Origin: Lytechinus pictus
Lineage: Eukaryota
DNA: 64,000 nucleotides
Direction: 5' to 3'
Assembly (NCBI RefSeq): GCF_037042905.1
Contig: NC_087253.1
Location: 17,298,001-17,362,000 of the forward strand
The notes below the pieces were generated by a model that worked only from the letters and a program-made list of their open reading frames with translations, was not told the DNA's origin and did not search any database. Shown here in pieces: positions 63,091 to 64,000 of the stretch; position 1 is the first letter of the stretch; the number at the start of each line of letters is the position of its first letter. Made by a program: the position numbers and the translations under genes.

Positions 63091-64000
63091 AAAGCTTTGT
63101 TTTTACTTGCACTCAGCATAGCATGTTTTACTATATAAAATTGCTATGTCTATCCATCACCATTTCTGCACTTCTTGACACTCCTTCCAATGGCTCACTT
63201 TATTCATCATCCCAGTATAGCTTCTGTATGTGCTGCCAAAGGGATTACTACATCAAATATCAAGTATCACAAAGATTCACTTGTTTCGACAGCACTATCT
63301 CTAGAACCTAAATTATTCATCACTCTGCAGCTTGCCGCCAATCTCTGAATGATGGAGGGAGGAAATCTAAATTTAGGCCTGCAGGTCACATTTATCATCA
63401 TCTTGTAGATCTTTCACAGAGGAATATATGGTGTGTCCAACCAAAGTATCTTACAAGTGGTACATGTAAACAGGATGCAAAAGCATTGCCGCAGTCATCC
63501 AAACACCAGTTGCTGGTTTCACTGCTTATTTTTTCATTCTATCAGGTAGTATAAAAGCAAAATTGCACCTATTTTTTCATTCTCCTGGCCAGATTTAGTA
63601 AACAGATTAGCAAAAAAATGTGCTGGAAATGAAGAAATCTGCAGTTTAGTTCTGAGATTCTGAATCTTCAAAGTGACATATAAAAACTGACCACACAAAA
63701 CTTGTGCATAAATAAAGTCAAATGCAACTTAACTTCTGGGTTGCCTTGATTCAACAGTAAATTCAAGTGCGGTGTTGATGCAAATGGCGCTGCAACTTTT
63801 GAGTTGCATCACATTCATGCATACATTGACTTATTATTATGTCATGAACACGCAAAGTTAAATCACAGCTGTGAAACATGGTGATAAAATATAATTTGAG
63901 CTATATATATGTTGAAATTCAACAGTGCAAGGTAATGCTTTTTAGTAGAAATGCTGTTTCATTTTTTTTTTGTCCTACCTTTCCAATGTGTAAATATTTT

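Noticed and set aside
62331-64000. CTR9 first coding exon
   Set aside because: No IEIPLRDTDE-like peptide was found; it probably lies beyond the window end.

Overview
AT-rich, repeat-rich animal genomic DNA with spliceosomal GT-AG introns and two N gaps. The repeat content suggests an invertebrate deuterostome such as a sea urchin (inference only). Three spliced genes can be reconstructed exon by exon: a gamma-butyrobetaine dioxygenase-like gene (BBOX1-like, + strand, 7 coding exons, 473 aa, with a mitochondrial-type presequence), DNPH1/RCL (+, 4 coding exons, 146 aa), and CTR9 of the PAF1 complex (- strand, 21 coding exons in the window, first exon not found). The remainder is MITEs and non-autonomous DNA transposons (several with readable TIRs and TSDs), LINE fragments, SINEs and microsatellites. 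Four signals stand out. (1) A (TA)n-embedded array of five identical, fully paired tRNA cloverleaves with a UCA (opal-reading) anticodon, each followed by a T6 Pol III terminator and housed in a TG...CA-bounded 229-bp repeat. (2) Tandem duplications that repeatedly straddle CTR9 exon-intron boundaries, creating decoy splice sites at about 8 of 21 exons. (3) A SINE-like element with a 7SL (Alu-domain) head. (4) A minimal hammerhead-ribozyme-like motif inside a (TA)n tract.
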